Assembly: GCA_965235115.1 (NCBI GenBank)
Contig: OZ249445.1
Coordinates: 26,102,001 to 26,166,000, forward strand
Direction: 5' to 3'
DNA from: Laetmonice hystrix
Lineage: Eukaryota
DNA length: 64,000 nucleotides
Below the pieces are notes generated by a model, which ran no database searches, was not told the DNA's origin, and saw only the letters and a list, made by a program, of their open reading frames with translations. The position numbers and the translations under genes were made by a program. The first letter of the stretch is position 1, and each line of letters begins with the position of its first letter. Below are positions 40,569 to 53,563 of this stretch, piece after piece.

Positions 40569-41814
40569 TCACAGACACACTCCACCAAACTCTCACTGAC
40601 TGCCTTGTGTGAGACTCACAGACCCACTCCACCAGGCCCTCACTGACTGTCTTGTGTGAGACTCACAAACCCACTCCACTAGGCCCTCACTGACTGCCTT
40701 GTGTGAGACTCACAGACCCACTCCACCAGGCCCTCACTGACTGCCTTGTGTGAGACTCACAGACCCACTCCACCAGGCCCTCACTGACTGCCTTGTGTCA
40801 GACTCACAGACCCACTCCACCAGGCCCTCACTGACGGCCTTGTGTCAGACTCACAGACCCACTCCACCAGGCCCTCACTGACTGCCTTGTGTGAGACTCA
40901 CAGACCCACTCCACTAGGCCCTCAGTGACTGCCTTGTGTGAGACTCACAGACTCACTCCACCAGGCCCTCACTGACTGCCTTGTGTGAGACTCACAGACC
41001 CACTCCACCAAACTCTCACTGACTGCCTTGTGTGAGACTCACAGACCCACTCCACCAGGCCCTCACTGACTGCCTTGTGTGAGACTCACAGACCCACTCC
41101 ACCAGGCCCTCACTGACTGCCTTGTGTGAGACTCACAGACCCACTCCACCAGGCCCTCACTGACTGCCTTGTGTCAGACTCACAGACCCACTCCACCAGG
41201 CCCTCACTGACGGCCTTGTGTGAGACTCACAGACCCACTCCACCAGGCCCTCACTGACTGCCTTGTGTGAGACTCACAGACCCACTCCACTAGGCCCTCA
41301 GTGACTGCCTTGTGTGAGACTCACAGACCCACTCCACCAGGCCCTCACTGACTGCCTTGTGTCAGACTCACAGACCCACTCCACCAGGCCCTCACTGACT
41401 GCCTTGTGTGAGACTCACAGACCCACTCCACCAGGCCCTCACTGACTGCCTTGTGTGAGACTCACAGACCCACTCCACTAGGCCCTCAGTGACTGCCTTG
41501 TGTGAGACTCACAGACCCACTCCACCAGGCCCTCACTGACTGCCTTGTGTCAGACTCACAGACCCACTCCACCAGGCCCTCACTGACTGCCTTGTGTGAG
41601 ACTCACAGACTCACTCCACCAGGCCCTCACTGACTGCCTTGTGTGAGACTCACAGACCCACTCCACCAAACTCTCACTGACTGCCTTGTGTGAGACTCAC
41701 AGACCCACTCCACCAGGCCCTCACTGACTGCCTTGTGTGAGACTCACAGACCCACTCCACCAGGCCCTCACTGACTGCCTTGTGTGAGACTCACAGACCC
41801 ACTCCACCAGGCCC
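40569..41814. repeat. Minisatellite 6, 47-bp unit, ~26.5 units, no length variants
   Basis: Unit CACTCCACCAGGCCCTCACTGACTGCCTTGTGTGAGACTCACAGACC. The first and last CACTCC are 1222 bp (26 x 47) apart. Confidence 0.97.
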
Positions 41815-44800
41815 GACTTTAACTCTTGCCGTGCCGAGAGTTGGGGCCATCTCTTTGATCTGCTTTATTTGTATCCTTAATGTTGTTGTTAATGAAAGGT
41901 CAGTACCTTTGCCTAGTTCTAATTATGCAAAGTCGCCCCTGTAGAGATAGACAATTTTAATTACCTTCATTTTCTATATGTTGATCCACCACCACAAGAA
42001 GGTAAAGACAAGGGGAGAGGCATCCTGGATGTTTCCACCTGAAACTTTACGTTTCCGGCCTCATAAGTCTCCTTGGTAGGTCAGTGGTTCCATCCAGAGA
42101 CAGGGGCGGGGGGGGGGGGGGTCCTGTAGGTTTACACAATTATCAAATGGCCCAAGTTCCTGATTATTAAGAGCCAAATAGAATAAATGTGCCGTCACTG
42201 TTTGTATGTGGTCGCCTTGTGAGGAAAGGCATCAATACGGATTCATCAATTACAGGATATCTATCATGGTAAAGTTAATAAAGTCACAAGAGTGTCAGAT
42301 CGGCGCTCGCCAAGGCGATTCGATCAACTGATTATGTAATGTGTACAAATGGCCCTGCAGTGTTGTTTAAGGAGTATAGATGGCCCTTTTCTGTAAGGCG
42401 CATTTGGGTCACACCGGTGTTTGCTTGTATAACTTGCAGCGTTATAGATTAAGTGCTACTAATATAACCTTGGCTTTGGATTGCGGGCTGGACTGATTTA
42501 TGCAAAGTCGGAATCTATTATAGGCGCGCCGCTGAAGTTGCCGATTTAGCACCGGAAACGCCATAATTATCTACTTCCGGTTAATGCAGTCCTGACGTTA
42601 TCATCTTCAACACTGGGAATGCGAAATTGTCGCCCTTAAAAGACAAAGCGCTATAAACAAATAGGTGGGGAGGAGGGGGGGGGTCGATGAGTTGGGTGGG
42701 TGGGTGGGAGGTCCGCCCACAGTCTTTGGTTACAGCTGGCTCCCGCCTACAGTTTGTCCGGAGAGTGTGTGACAAAAACCGGGTGTTTGGTACCACCACA
42801 TCAACACGCTGATCACAGCGCCCCCCACCGGCTGACCGCTGTACCACCACCACGCCGGCCCTCTGCGTGCCCAATTAACATTGTCATAGCGCTCAGACCA
42901 AAAGCCTACGTGCTCATTAACCAGTTCCATTGTCTAATTATCCAACTTAAAATAAGAACCAGTCGCACGCCACTGCTGAGTCGGACATCGGCAGGAGACC
43001 GGTGAGGTTTGATATTTGAGAAGTATTTAGAAGAAAGGCAACTAGGTTTGACGGATTGACTAATCGTTTAGAACAAAGGAGGCATGCAGTGAGGCCAACA
43101 GGAAACGTTTGGGGGGCAAACCCGGCTTTTTGACCTGATGTAAAACCTACTAAACATTTCAATCTCAGTCCACTTGTTGACGAGTTCATCTCAGTAAATT
43201 CTAAATATCGCACGGCCAGGCAGGCAGCCGTCCAAAACGTAGCAATCTTTCGAGTTGTTGTTATGTTGGTAGATACCTGATATTTAATTCTTGCCTGACC
43301 AAAAAAGAAAAAAAAGTAGAAAAAAGAGAAAGAGACGATACATAAAGGTCCCATTGGCGTCGGACAAACGTGGAGTAAAGATCATGGTAATTAACAGGGA
43401 TGCCGAAAACAGACGAGTCCGGAGAAATCCAATCGTACTATCTAGTAATCAAAATCAACTGCAATAGGAATATTTATGTAGTAATACTAAAAATGAACAT
43501 GACTGGGCCATGTTTGCATTTATTTTACTATTTAAAATATATAACAAATAAAGGCGTTCTACATTTAGTATGTCCGTGATAAATTTGCCTCCTCTGATGC
43601 AGCTTGCAGTACCATACCGATGATGGCAACAAGCGTTGAGAGAATTTGCTCAGCTGTAATTCCCGTTGGATCGTATATGCGGAATGAAATGGGGGGAATA
43701 TTCCGGTGTTTTCTGTCAATAATTCCCGGAAGAATTCCTTCCTGAATAAACAGTCCTAGATTCTTCAGGGTGTTGATTGTTCACCGGGCCGTGAATTTCT
43801 CACATTCATCTATCACGTTTTACTCCCAAAAGATAAACGACGGAGCGATGTTTTCTTTTTCTTCTGTTTTTTCTTCTTCCTTCTTTTTTTTTCTTTGTAT
43901 AATATTTTATTTGCATCGACGTGTGGAATATATAAACGAATTATAGACACAGGGGAAAAATCGCACTGCAATTTTCAAGCTGTCATTCGGTATGTCAGAG
44001 GTGAATCTGTACAGTGAAGATATTCACGGAATATAGCTTAATTAAATTGAAGATTTTTTTCATTTGTTCATGGTTCTTTTTGTATTTTTAGCACTGACAG
44101 AAAATGCAAGAACTAGTAGAGCAATATCTCCTAAATCTTTCCAAATAATTTTAATCTTTTTTATACATAATTAATGTATCCAGAAAACCTCACGAATGCA
44201 ATCAATACCGAACCAAGACCGCTCCGACCAATGACGCGTTTGAAATCACAAGAACCACCTTTTCACATCATTTTTAAAAAATATTTACTTTCATGCATAG
44301 AAAGATAAGAAAGGAATGTGATAAAAATGGATTCATTCCATGGCAAAAGATAGGTGGAATTCAGTACCAGTTTGGATTGTTGGAAAAGTTTACCCCGAGA
44401 TAACACTGTATATTGACAACCTCCCTGCTCAGTCGCTCATAGCCAGACGTCGGCTTGTATTAGACGCGATCACGTTATTGCTCTTTGTCGGCCACCGTAA
44501 TGGAAATCATTGCGGAATGTCGTCTGCTATTGTTGCACTCTCGGGGTTTGTATCGCGAGTAAACCACAACCTAAACGGTCCAGCCAAAGTGTTATCGTCG
44601 ACGATTCTTGTAGCTTTCGCTCCTAAATCCTCGTGTATATAATTACATTTAAAAAATCACATTACGTCATTTTGGGAGGCGGGCTTTGTTGGGGACTTGG
44701 CAAGACAAACAACAGACGACGGGGAGAAATCAACGTCAGTCGGAGATGATTAGCGAGAGGCGACGGTGGTGGCCATCTTCTTGGTTTACCCATAATAGTC

Positions 44801-44939
44801 TTAGGGGAGCAAGGGTGTGTACGCAATCTATTGAGGCGTCCGGCTAACAGGGATGGAAGGAAACTGGTGTGTTAACTCTGACTTACAGACCCTGGGGCCT
44901 CCGGGAGGGGAGAGAGGGGGCGGGAGAGAGGGACAATTA

Positions 44940-45075
44940 TGGGTCAAGAAAGGGAGAGGGGGGAAACGAGAGAGGGAGAGAGAGGAGAGAGAGACAGAGG
45001 AGAGAGAGAGGAGAGAGAGGAGGAAGATAGAGAGGAGAGAGAGGAGAGAGAGAAAGAGACAGGGGAGAGAGAGTT
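44940..45075. repeat. Imperfect GA microsatellite
   Basis: gagagaggagagagagg runs; explains the E/R-rich and L/S-rich ORFs here. Confidence 0.9.
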
Positions 45076-45236
45076 CCCTGGAGACAATAAAACATGTATT
45101 ATACGTGTTATAGCCCCACCTCCCCCCGCAGACCGACCGGCGCGTCACGCTCGGCTAGTGATCAGTTTTTGATCTCTCCCTGTGGACCTCACCGTATACT
45201 GTCTGGCGCGATCCGAGCGGCCCCGCCGGACTATAC

Positions 45237-45251
45237 ACCGCCCCCTGGCGG
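45237..45251 (-). promoter_or_regulatory. CTCF-like motif (CCGCCAGGGGGCGGT)
   Basis: Close match to CCACCAGGGGGCGCT on the minus strand. Confidence 0.5.
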
Positions 45252-47779
45252 AAATAGTGGGACTTCACGGAAAAATGAAAGACAAACACAGCTCTGCTGT
45301 TGGATTGCCGCCACCGTCCATACCGTTTGGACTCTGCCTGTCTCCGGCTCTGTATCTGTCTCTCTGTCTCTCAGCCTCTCTGTCTCTCAGCTGGACGGAG
45401 GAGCGTAATTTGTCATGACAACAAAGTCAGAACCAGCAGCACTAAGAAATATAGGAGGGATTCCGGATGGTTCCATGAGAGGCGAATGATTAAAGGTACA
45501 AATAGTGCACAATCAAGATAACTATTTCACGTCAGAAACGATTACTTCTGCTTGGGGAAAGGAAACACATAAATTTGTATATTATATATGTACATAATAC
45601 GAAGTTCAAAGAGTACTTGTCACCAAGAGCATGTTTCTGGCGGTTTTATAGGCGACCTATACTAGAAGGGAATGGCAGGCCACTAGGTAATAACCAGTTG
45701 GTCTGTCATTGACTACGATGTAAATAAACCGTTAATAACCAGACCTTAGTGGGACGGGCCCCTGGTCGCCAAAAAGGGTGCATTTTCAGAGATGCTTGTG
45801 ACCCCATCGCCAGGTACATCCCTAAAACTCGCGATGATTACACAGTACCACTCACAGTACACCGAAAGTTTTATCCAGAGAACGTTGTTTGTGTGTGTGT
45901 GTGTGTGTTTTTAATAATAACTTGACGGATGTGAAACTCCAGACACCACAGACTCTTCCCCGTGCTCAGTGATTCCGTGAATCTGGAATGAGGGCCGTCG
46001 ACCACAGCGGCAGCGTGCCACTTATCGGTACTTCTAGTTCTGAGAGTATGTAGATAGTATACAAGTGTATACAAGCCGACATTACACGCCCGCCATGTTG
46101 GAGGCCATCTCGACATGTGAACATAGCGCGCCTCACACACTCTCACATAAAGTCAGACACATCCCTAGAACACGTAAGGTGAAAGGTGCCGAGAGTCGGT
46201 GGGGAGCCGTGCTATTTTTTTTTTAAAGTGTTCCGCCAAGTTCTGCCACCGGTTGTGTATAAAAACGAGAGGGAAGGATACGCAGCCGGAGGACAGGTGA
46301 AGCGGTTTTTGACCTGTGTATCACTACGCGCTGTAGCCGGATCAAGCGGTTCGCGTCTGTTGTAGCTGCGCTTGTCTGAAACTTCATAAATCTACGTCAG
46401 TGTTTGAACCGGCATGCTATACTTATACCGCTGTGTGGATACACGTTGGCCTAGTTACCGCATAATTCATGAATAGAAGGTAGTAGAGTTCATCTATAGA
46501 ACATCATGCACCCGCCCGGGGGTATTTTGGGGGTACTATCAGATGGTCTGTTGCAAGGGGGGTGTTATCTTGGGTAAACAATTCCACAAACATTTTTTTT
46601 GTATGTGAATGACAGATCCCAGACATGAGAAAAATATATCAGAGAATAGCCGACTCTGATTAGTTACACCTCTTCTTAGGGAGTTACTGTTTTTTCACGG
46701 GACAAAGAAAATAAATGCAAATGGTGTAACAAAGTTTGATTGCAGGATTCCGCAACTGGCATCTTTGACGGAAAATCTGGGGAAGGCACCAAGCTATCGC
46801 TAGAACACACACACACACCCGTTGAGATGGAAATCCCTTCAAGATTTGCCCTGACTCAAGAATGTCAAAAACCGCGTAGTGGCGGTACCTAAACTGCATG
46901 CTTTTACCTGCACAGTTTACATGACTTGCTTCCATGACCTGATCGCACGTGTGCTTTGTGTAATCTCCACGTTGACTGGCGCGTGAATCTAAACATGTTG
47001 GAAGCCTCCGTGGTCGTGTGGTGATGAGGAACCGCTTTCACGGCATTGTAGTCAGTTTGGGCCAATAATATCGCTGTGGCCACGGCTCGATAGAAAGACC
47101 GATACTGTGTAGGAATCTGAAAGCGTGGCCGTACGAGCCGTCTGTGGCTACAGGTATAGCGTGAGCGTGAGAGGTGAACTCGAAGGGGGGCAGGAACGGT
47201 AGGTCGGGGGGCACGTAGCGGTGGGGTGGTAACACCCTCTCTCAACCTCCTCCTGTACCCCGCTTACACACCCCCGGCCGTTCGTGGTACGTCAATGCGG
47301 GAGTAAACATCGGAACTGCTGAATGGCAATTCACGTTTTCAGCTCCAGCCCCCCACCCCCATCCGGTGGAAAATAATTAATGGGGCTACATTCCGCCCCT
47401 ACATGAGATTAAGATTTCTATGCATATCCATGTAGCCAGTCGTTTTTCGCTCATCACCGAAACACGCCAGGAGATAGGACAAGGTACATGGGGTACCAGG
47501 GAGGACAACGTGGTACCCCGCTGGCAGGCACCGACTAGGACAACTATCTCACCGGGGTTGGCCATGGAGGCGGGGGTGAGGGGTATTCAGACCAACCATA
47601 GATTAATTTTAATCTATTTTTAACATACCTTTTTTTTTGAGGCAGGTGGGGAAATTCGCGGCTAGGCATTGATAGAGACGTATTTTTACTATCATTGACA
47701 GGATTAGCCCTCTCGTTTTTCTTTTCGTACCTCTCCGATCCCACCCAGATCTCGCACACAGAAATGAGTGACTGGTTCC

Positions 47780-48070
47780 TTGATGCCATGTTGACAGTTA
47801 GTGCCCAGCATCAAGGCGGCAGTAGACCTACAGGGTCTTAACCTGTCTATCCCACACTGTCATGCTAATAACGAACTGATGCTAGTTTACAAGTGTTCTT
47901 TGTACTTGATGCACCCCTTGGACTTGTGGTATACAGAAGCCGCTGTGACACTGAACACATATTTTCCGCACTTCATATGACATGCTTTAGTTGGAAGCAC
48001 TGGGTGGGAGCGGGGTTCGAACCCGGCAAGGAAGCGAGCGCTTCAACTATCCAGGCCAACCCCTCTCCAT
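47780..48070 (-). mobile_element. tRNA-derived SINE (~290 bp)
   Basis: Minus-strand head with A-box-like TGGCCTGGATAGT (48058-48046) and B-box GGGTTCGAACCCC (48024-48012). No complete cloverleaf, followed by a non-tRNA body. The 3' boundary is approximate. Confidence 0.65.
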
Positions 48071-50783
48071 CTGGAGAAATTATTAAAATACGCTCGGGAC
48101 AATCGACTTAATTTGACTGCTGACCATTTGACCTTTGACCATTCAAAAAAATACATAATCCCTATTGTCATTTTATTACGACTGGAAAGGGTTAAAGGCT
48201 AGCCATTTCCTGCCGTCTGCCATTCGTTATGATGTCTGGATGTTATATCTCTCTCACTGTCACAAGCCCCCCCCCCCCCAACTTCCCTGACGTTTTAAAA
48301 AGTATAGGCGTCAACAACCAAAGTGGAAAATTTCAGAACACCACCTGACAGTGAGCGATGGCGTGGCGGGCGCTGAGCTCACGATCCCAATTACAAATTG
48401 CACCCGTAGGATCCTCGAGCGGGTACCCCCTCAACCCTGCGGGGTGCCGTAATCAACCCTACGGGGCCCGCGCAGCGCCCGCCGAGATCCCCGGATGTCA
48501 ATGACGTCACACTCTCAGCAGACGAACTCTGCTGATAGCGGAGTCTGTTGATTGGTGGAATATTCAAATGTCGTTTACGTAAAAATCTTGTTAACTTTAG
48601 GTCTACAAGTGCGGCCCTAGAACAATCGGTTTATAATACAGGAACGCCAATGAGGGGAGGGAAGGCCACGTGGTCGGCAGAAGTGATAGACCGTGGCTAT
48701 AATATGAACACATGTGGCGTGAGATTCCTGGCGGATTTACTGAGATTATCTCCCGAGGGGTAAAGTTGTACGCCATAACGTCCCCGTGGAGGTTCTTAAA
48801 AGATTTTAAACCTGCGACGCTTGCGAGGGAAGCTCATGGCGAACTTGCTTTAAGAATTCAGGTCATCATGTATCAACTGTTGTCTTAGTTACAGATGAGG
48901 AAAGTACATCCTTATCTATAGAGTATATCTTTAGAGCTTTGGTCCTCTATTGCTTTACTGTCTGGAGCCTGAGTACAGTATCACAGCAGCAACTTCAAAT
49001 ATAACCTAATGAAAGGGTGAAGCGAGTGGGGGAATGGTTGGTCCTTTCTATGCCAATGTTAATCATAGTATTTATGGCGGGAAACAACTGGTCAATTGAA
49101 AACCTGCCAGTGTTAAACAGGAAAGTTCAATTCTGCGTGTCTGTCGGAGACGCATAGATTAACCATTGTGAAAGGAGCCAATCATAAATTTGATTATGAT
49201 TGCTTGCTTTTGCATTCATTGAGGGAAAAGCGACCACAGCATAAACTATCTCATAAACTATCTCTTTTCTTATACTTCACGACCCAAATGGCAGGGATGC
49301 TAACCGACTGAAGGCACCTGTATCACCTGATGTTTCTAAGTAAACTTTTAGAGAACGCCACGCATCCTGCAGTTGGACAATACCGACTTGTCTGGATCTC
49401 TAGGTTTCTATGCATGCACAGGTTTGGCTGTGAGTATTGGCGACTGAAAAGTCGATCTCGAAGCTCCCCTAAAAAAATTCATGTACCATGGGAATGAACT
49501 CATTATCTCGTCATGGATGAATCCCGCCCGTTATATTTGATATCGGTATCAAAGACGTTGAAATCTGCCTGAAAAAACATCGGAAAATTATAAGCGTCTT
49601 TTTTTTATTCGAATTCGCTGAGAAACCAAACCGCCCCTGTCTGGCAACCAACTTGGCGTAGCACCCGACCAAAATATAAAGCCACGATTTACTGTCTATT
49701 TTTACCCCAATTCATTTCTGCTACACGTAAACCTCCTCTGTTTTCAATGTAATCTAATTCGGTATATTTTTTGTCATTATTGGGAGTTGGGATGCTTTAT
49801 CGACCGCGAGAAAGCTTCCGAAATATTTGTTCACCAGGCACTGAGTACGGTTAGGGGCAGGGATGTCTTCGACGCTGAGTCTGAATTGATCGTCGGTCGA
49901 TAACTGCGGCCTCCTTTTTTTATATATACCATCTAAACTACAGGATATACGATATTCCATATGTTGGCTCGTGTATCGGCAGCTCTAGACTGCGATGATT
50001 TAATTTAAAGATACAACCCGATCATGAGCCACCAGAAATCTGATAATTAAAGAGAAAGGATTAGAATATTCTCGCAAAAAGAGATTAGACGCAGCATTCG
50101 CTCCAGACGAAGCCAGAAATCGTTCTCCACCAAATACATGATCTTACAGTACGTGTTATAGAACATAGGTGGCGCTGAGCGTTCCACCAGACGACGTCCA
50201 TCGATTCGTTTTCTTCCTTCTGGGTAGAAGAGTTCCAGGGTAGGTGTCGGGCGTGAATTCAGAAGACAGGAGGGAGAAAATGATGTCAATATAAGGGGTC
50301 GGTGGTGAGCGGAGTATGAGGGGGTGGGGGCTGGTACGAAAGGGGAATTAATATCATACCCTGGTTTCTCGTATCTTGAGGACAAAGCTGAATGTGGTCA
50401 GAATCAGAGAGTGGAGTGTATGCAAATATGTGGCCGGTTGAACGTACGTCATTTTAACAACTAGATCAAGGTCAGCTAGGGCAGTGACGAACTGAGAATC
50501 TTTACTAACATGGGAGCCAAGTAATGATTTATGCAGTGGGGGGGGGGGTAGAAATTGTAAAATTACGCCATCAGCATGGACCGTATGGACGTGATCCATT
50601 CTATGTGTTGTTCGGTTCTTTTTCTTACCCTCCCCCGTTATTTTTCTTCTTACGTATTTGGGCTCGAGGGTCGGGTGTAATTATAATCCCGACCCATTTT
50701 TTAAAAGTTAAGGCACCCCCCCCCCCCCCCGCCGCCACCTTGGCCTCAGTGGAATCAACGGTTAAGCGATATGTCGTCATATA

Positions 50784-50854
50784 TAGGGTGTCCAAAAAAG
50801 CAACCACGTATAAACATAAGTACGTAAACTGTGAATATATTTTGAGACGCCCTT
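50784..50854. mobile_element. Very short mariner-like MITE remnant
   Basis: TA|TAGGGTGTCCAAAAA...TTTTGAGACGCCCTT|TA; imperfect inverted termini with TA flanks. Confidence 0.35.
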
Positions 50855-53528
50855 TAGAAATCCAATGTACACATCACATGGTGCATTTGTATCCCTGAAT
50901 ATCATACTGACCAGTCTCTATCAATGTAGGTGGGTGAAATTCTACCTAAAACTACACCCAGGGACCTGAGGGTCGGGCGTCTAAGTGCGTCCATGTTAAA
51001 CTAATGGATTCCAGCCACTCATTTAACATCCACAGAGACCCACTCACTAAGAGACACTTACTTCGTGGAACGGTTAAATTATGGTTAAATTATGAGATGG
51101 GAATCGAGCGAGACACTGGCGCCATGAGCTGTAACACTTGGCTGCCAACGTTTGGCGGGGATCGGTGATTTTTTTAAAAGGATTAACATCATATTCAAAC
51201 ACATCACCCCTCATCCCTGCCATAAAAGTACCGCCTCAAGAATCAGCGAAGCAATCTATTTTTGTATGTTTGTCTTGTGAACGTCATGATCGCATACAAG
51301 GGTTGCTGACGGTGGTGGCATTAACTTGATTGTGTAATCGTTTCGCTGGCCTTGACCTTGACGTGTCCTTGACTGGCAGACGACAAGAACGTCTTGTGTC
51401 GTCTGCTTTAGCGATGACGACATTTTCTAGGAGGACGTCAGAAGTGGGAATGTGAAGGTGAACGAAAGATCGACTTGCGCTGGCAACCTCGACGTACGAC
51501 TGAATATTACGTACTTGAAGGGGGGGGGGGGTTATCTGGGCTGGAGCGGCTGGCTCCGTTCGGGTTGGCCCTCTGTCGAGATTGTTGTGAAACCTTTACT
51601 GTTATGTTAGCCAGGTATTTCTAGATCAGGGGTGACTCTTAATTTTAAAAATGGATCATATCCACTAGAATGCTGACCTATATTTTTAATCCTACTTCTC
51701 AAAGAATCAAGATACCCATTTAAAGGGAGCCATTGCGAAAAACATTGAAAAAGTACCAAATGCCGATTTTCTTTCCTCAAAGTAAAAAAATAACACCTGG
51801 TAAAAAAAATTTTGCCTATATATTCACGTTTGTTTACTTCATACGCAGTGAAAACCTGACAATCGGGTTATAGGATTTCTTATTTCTAGACACTTTACGG
51901 TATCGAGTATAGTGATAAATGTCAATCGGTTTCCACAATGTATCCCGTAAAATCGGCACAGGTGAGCTTCCCTTTGCCCAGAACATCCCAGCGGAACTAG
52001 TTCTACATTGCCGCAAATTAAAGCATGCAGATAGTTTTATTTCATGCATTTCTAAAATCTCTAATGAGTGAATACAATGAGCCTTTGGTAGAGCATGAGC
52101 CTTGAAGGGACCCTTTAAGACACTGGGAGCTCTCTTGATATCGTGTTATGTTGTAGCATGACATCATTTGCCCTTCCCTTTTCGGGGCGGGATTGAAGCG
52201 GTAACTAAGATGAAAGCCCATATTACATGTCGAGTAGCGTTCTATTCTGTTGACAAGTGCTTCGCTTGCAATAATGAATAAGCTAATCGACGGGCGCCTA
52301 CCAACGCCGACCTCGGCGCGTGCAGCCAATCAATGAGCTGGATACGAAACGCTATGCCGATTTCGCAGACGAACTCCGACTACCGGAAGAAGCCAAAGAT
52401 AGCTCCTAGGTGCCGGAGGCAATTACGACAATTGAGACTATTCTGTGAACATTGGAGTGCTTTAGATTTCACCGGTATGGACAGAAAAAAATGGAATGAA
52501 AACACCCTTAGCCCAGTTCTGTGACATCAGATATCCCCCCAAAACACATGTGAATATATGGCTGTTTGACCTAGAGGTGTTGATAAATAATTATAGCATA
52601 TTCTCCTGGGGCGCTACAACATGGTTCTGCCCCCAAAACGCATTCCTGTTCTTATCCCAGGGCCATATTTCCTGTAACCTCAAAGGGATGATGATATTTT
52701 TTACTCTTCGTCTTCCAGAAATACTTGGATATGTACATAGGATATTGACTTTGTGGCATTTAAACTGGCTTATACCATCATGATATATGTACATTGATTT
52801 AGCTTTGTCTGGAACCAAGGAACCAATCAACGCCCTTGGGCAAGGCCAAGTAACTGTGCCTTTGGCATTGGAATGGGGCACAGAGCAGCGATAAAGGTTT
52901 ATCAGCAGTGTGTGCAGAGAGGATTAGAACGATAAAAAAATAATTTGGTCTTGATATTTCCGAGGATCGTGAGTTTATTGGAAAATCAGATTTGTTTAAC
53001 TTAGGAAAAAGTAATGGAAAACTAGGAAACGGAAATTCCTAATAAATATAATATATTAAATAAATCTGATATTTTCTTCAACTTTTTTTCCTCGAAAGTA
53101 AGGAATTTTGGAAGGCCACGGTGTAAGAATGTAACGGTAATTTTATCCGGTAGGTTAAGGTGCAGCCCTTAAAGAAGTACCGCCACAATAAGCGAGAATT
53201 TGACAGATCCGACGTGAAATCGAAGCCGAATGAACAGTATTTAAGGATCCTCGACGTGTCAAAAACCGACGATCCCCAGACCAATTAAGTGTCCCATCAG
53301 TCATTGCGTCAGGACATGCCGTAATGATGTCACTTACAGGCACTTTCACTTATGCTATCTTATCCCCGACGCTTGCTGCACGGAGCTCCGGTTTGGCTGG
53401 TTTCAGCCATTGTTCGGAGTCCAGGCCTCTTCCAATTATTGCCTGTTGGTGACGACATTAGTAAGTACGAAAAGCGGCCCGCCACCTTATCATAGATAAC
53501 GCTTAATGGCCTCCGTGATTCCATCTGC

Positions 53529-53563
53529 TGCCGCTAGGCGGCGCTGTACGGTGAGCATGCGCA
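53529..53563 (+). promoter_or_regulatory. CTCF-like motif (CCGCTAGGCGGCGCT) plus NRF1-like GCATGCGCA
   Basis: Motifs read at 53531-53545 and 53555-53563 within a CpG-rich patch. Confidence 0.45.

Noticed and set aside
44340-44642. LINE reverse-transcriptase-like words (WNSVP on +, YLGV..S.N..W on -)
   Set aside because: The two hints are on opposite strands and each is only a few residues; insufficient without an HMM search.
44828-45172. E/R-rich and L/S-rich ORFs
   Set aside because: Translation of a GA microsatellite.
47553-47565. Possible first coding micro-exon gcctccATGGCCAACCCCG|gtgaga on minus
   Set aside because: Good Kozak and donor match, but only 13 nt with no linked downstream exon identified; could be chance.
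47990-48070. Functional tRNA gene
   Set aside because: Has A/B boxes but no anticodon arm or acceptor stem; better explained as a SINE head.
52300-53290. Short protein-like frames (QPINELDTKRYADFADELRLPEE; VKVQPLKKYRHNKREFDRS)
   Set aside because: About 40 codons each, with weak or one-sided splice signals and no recognisable family.
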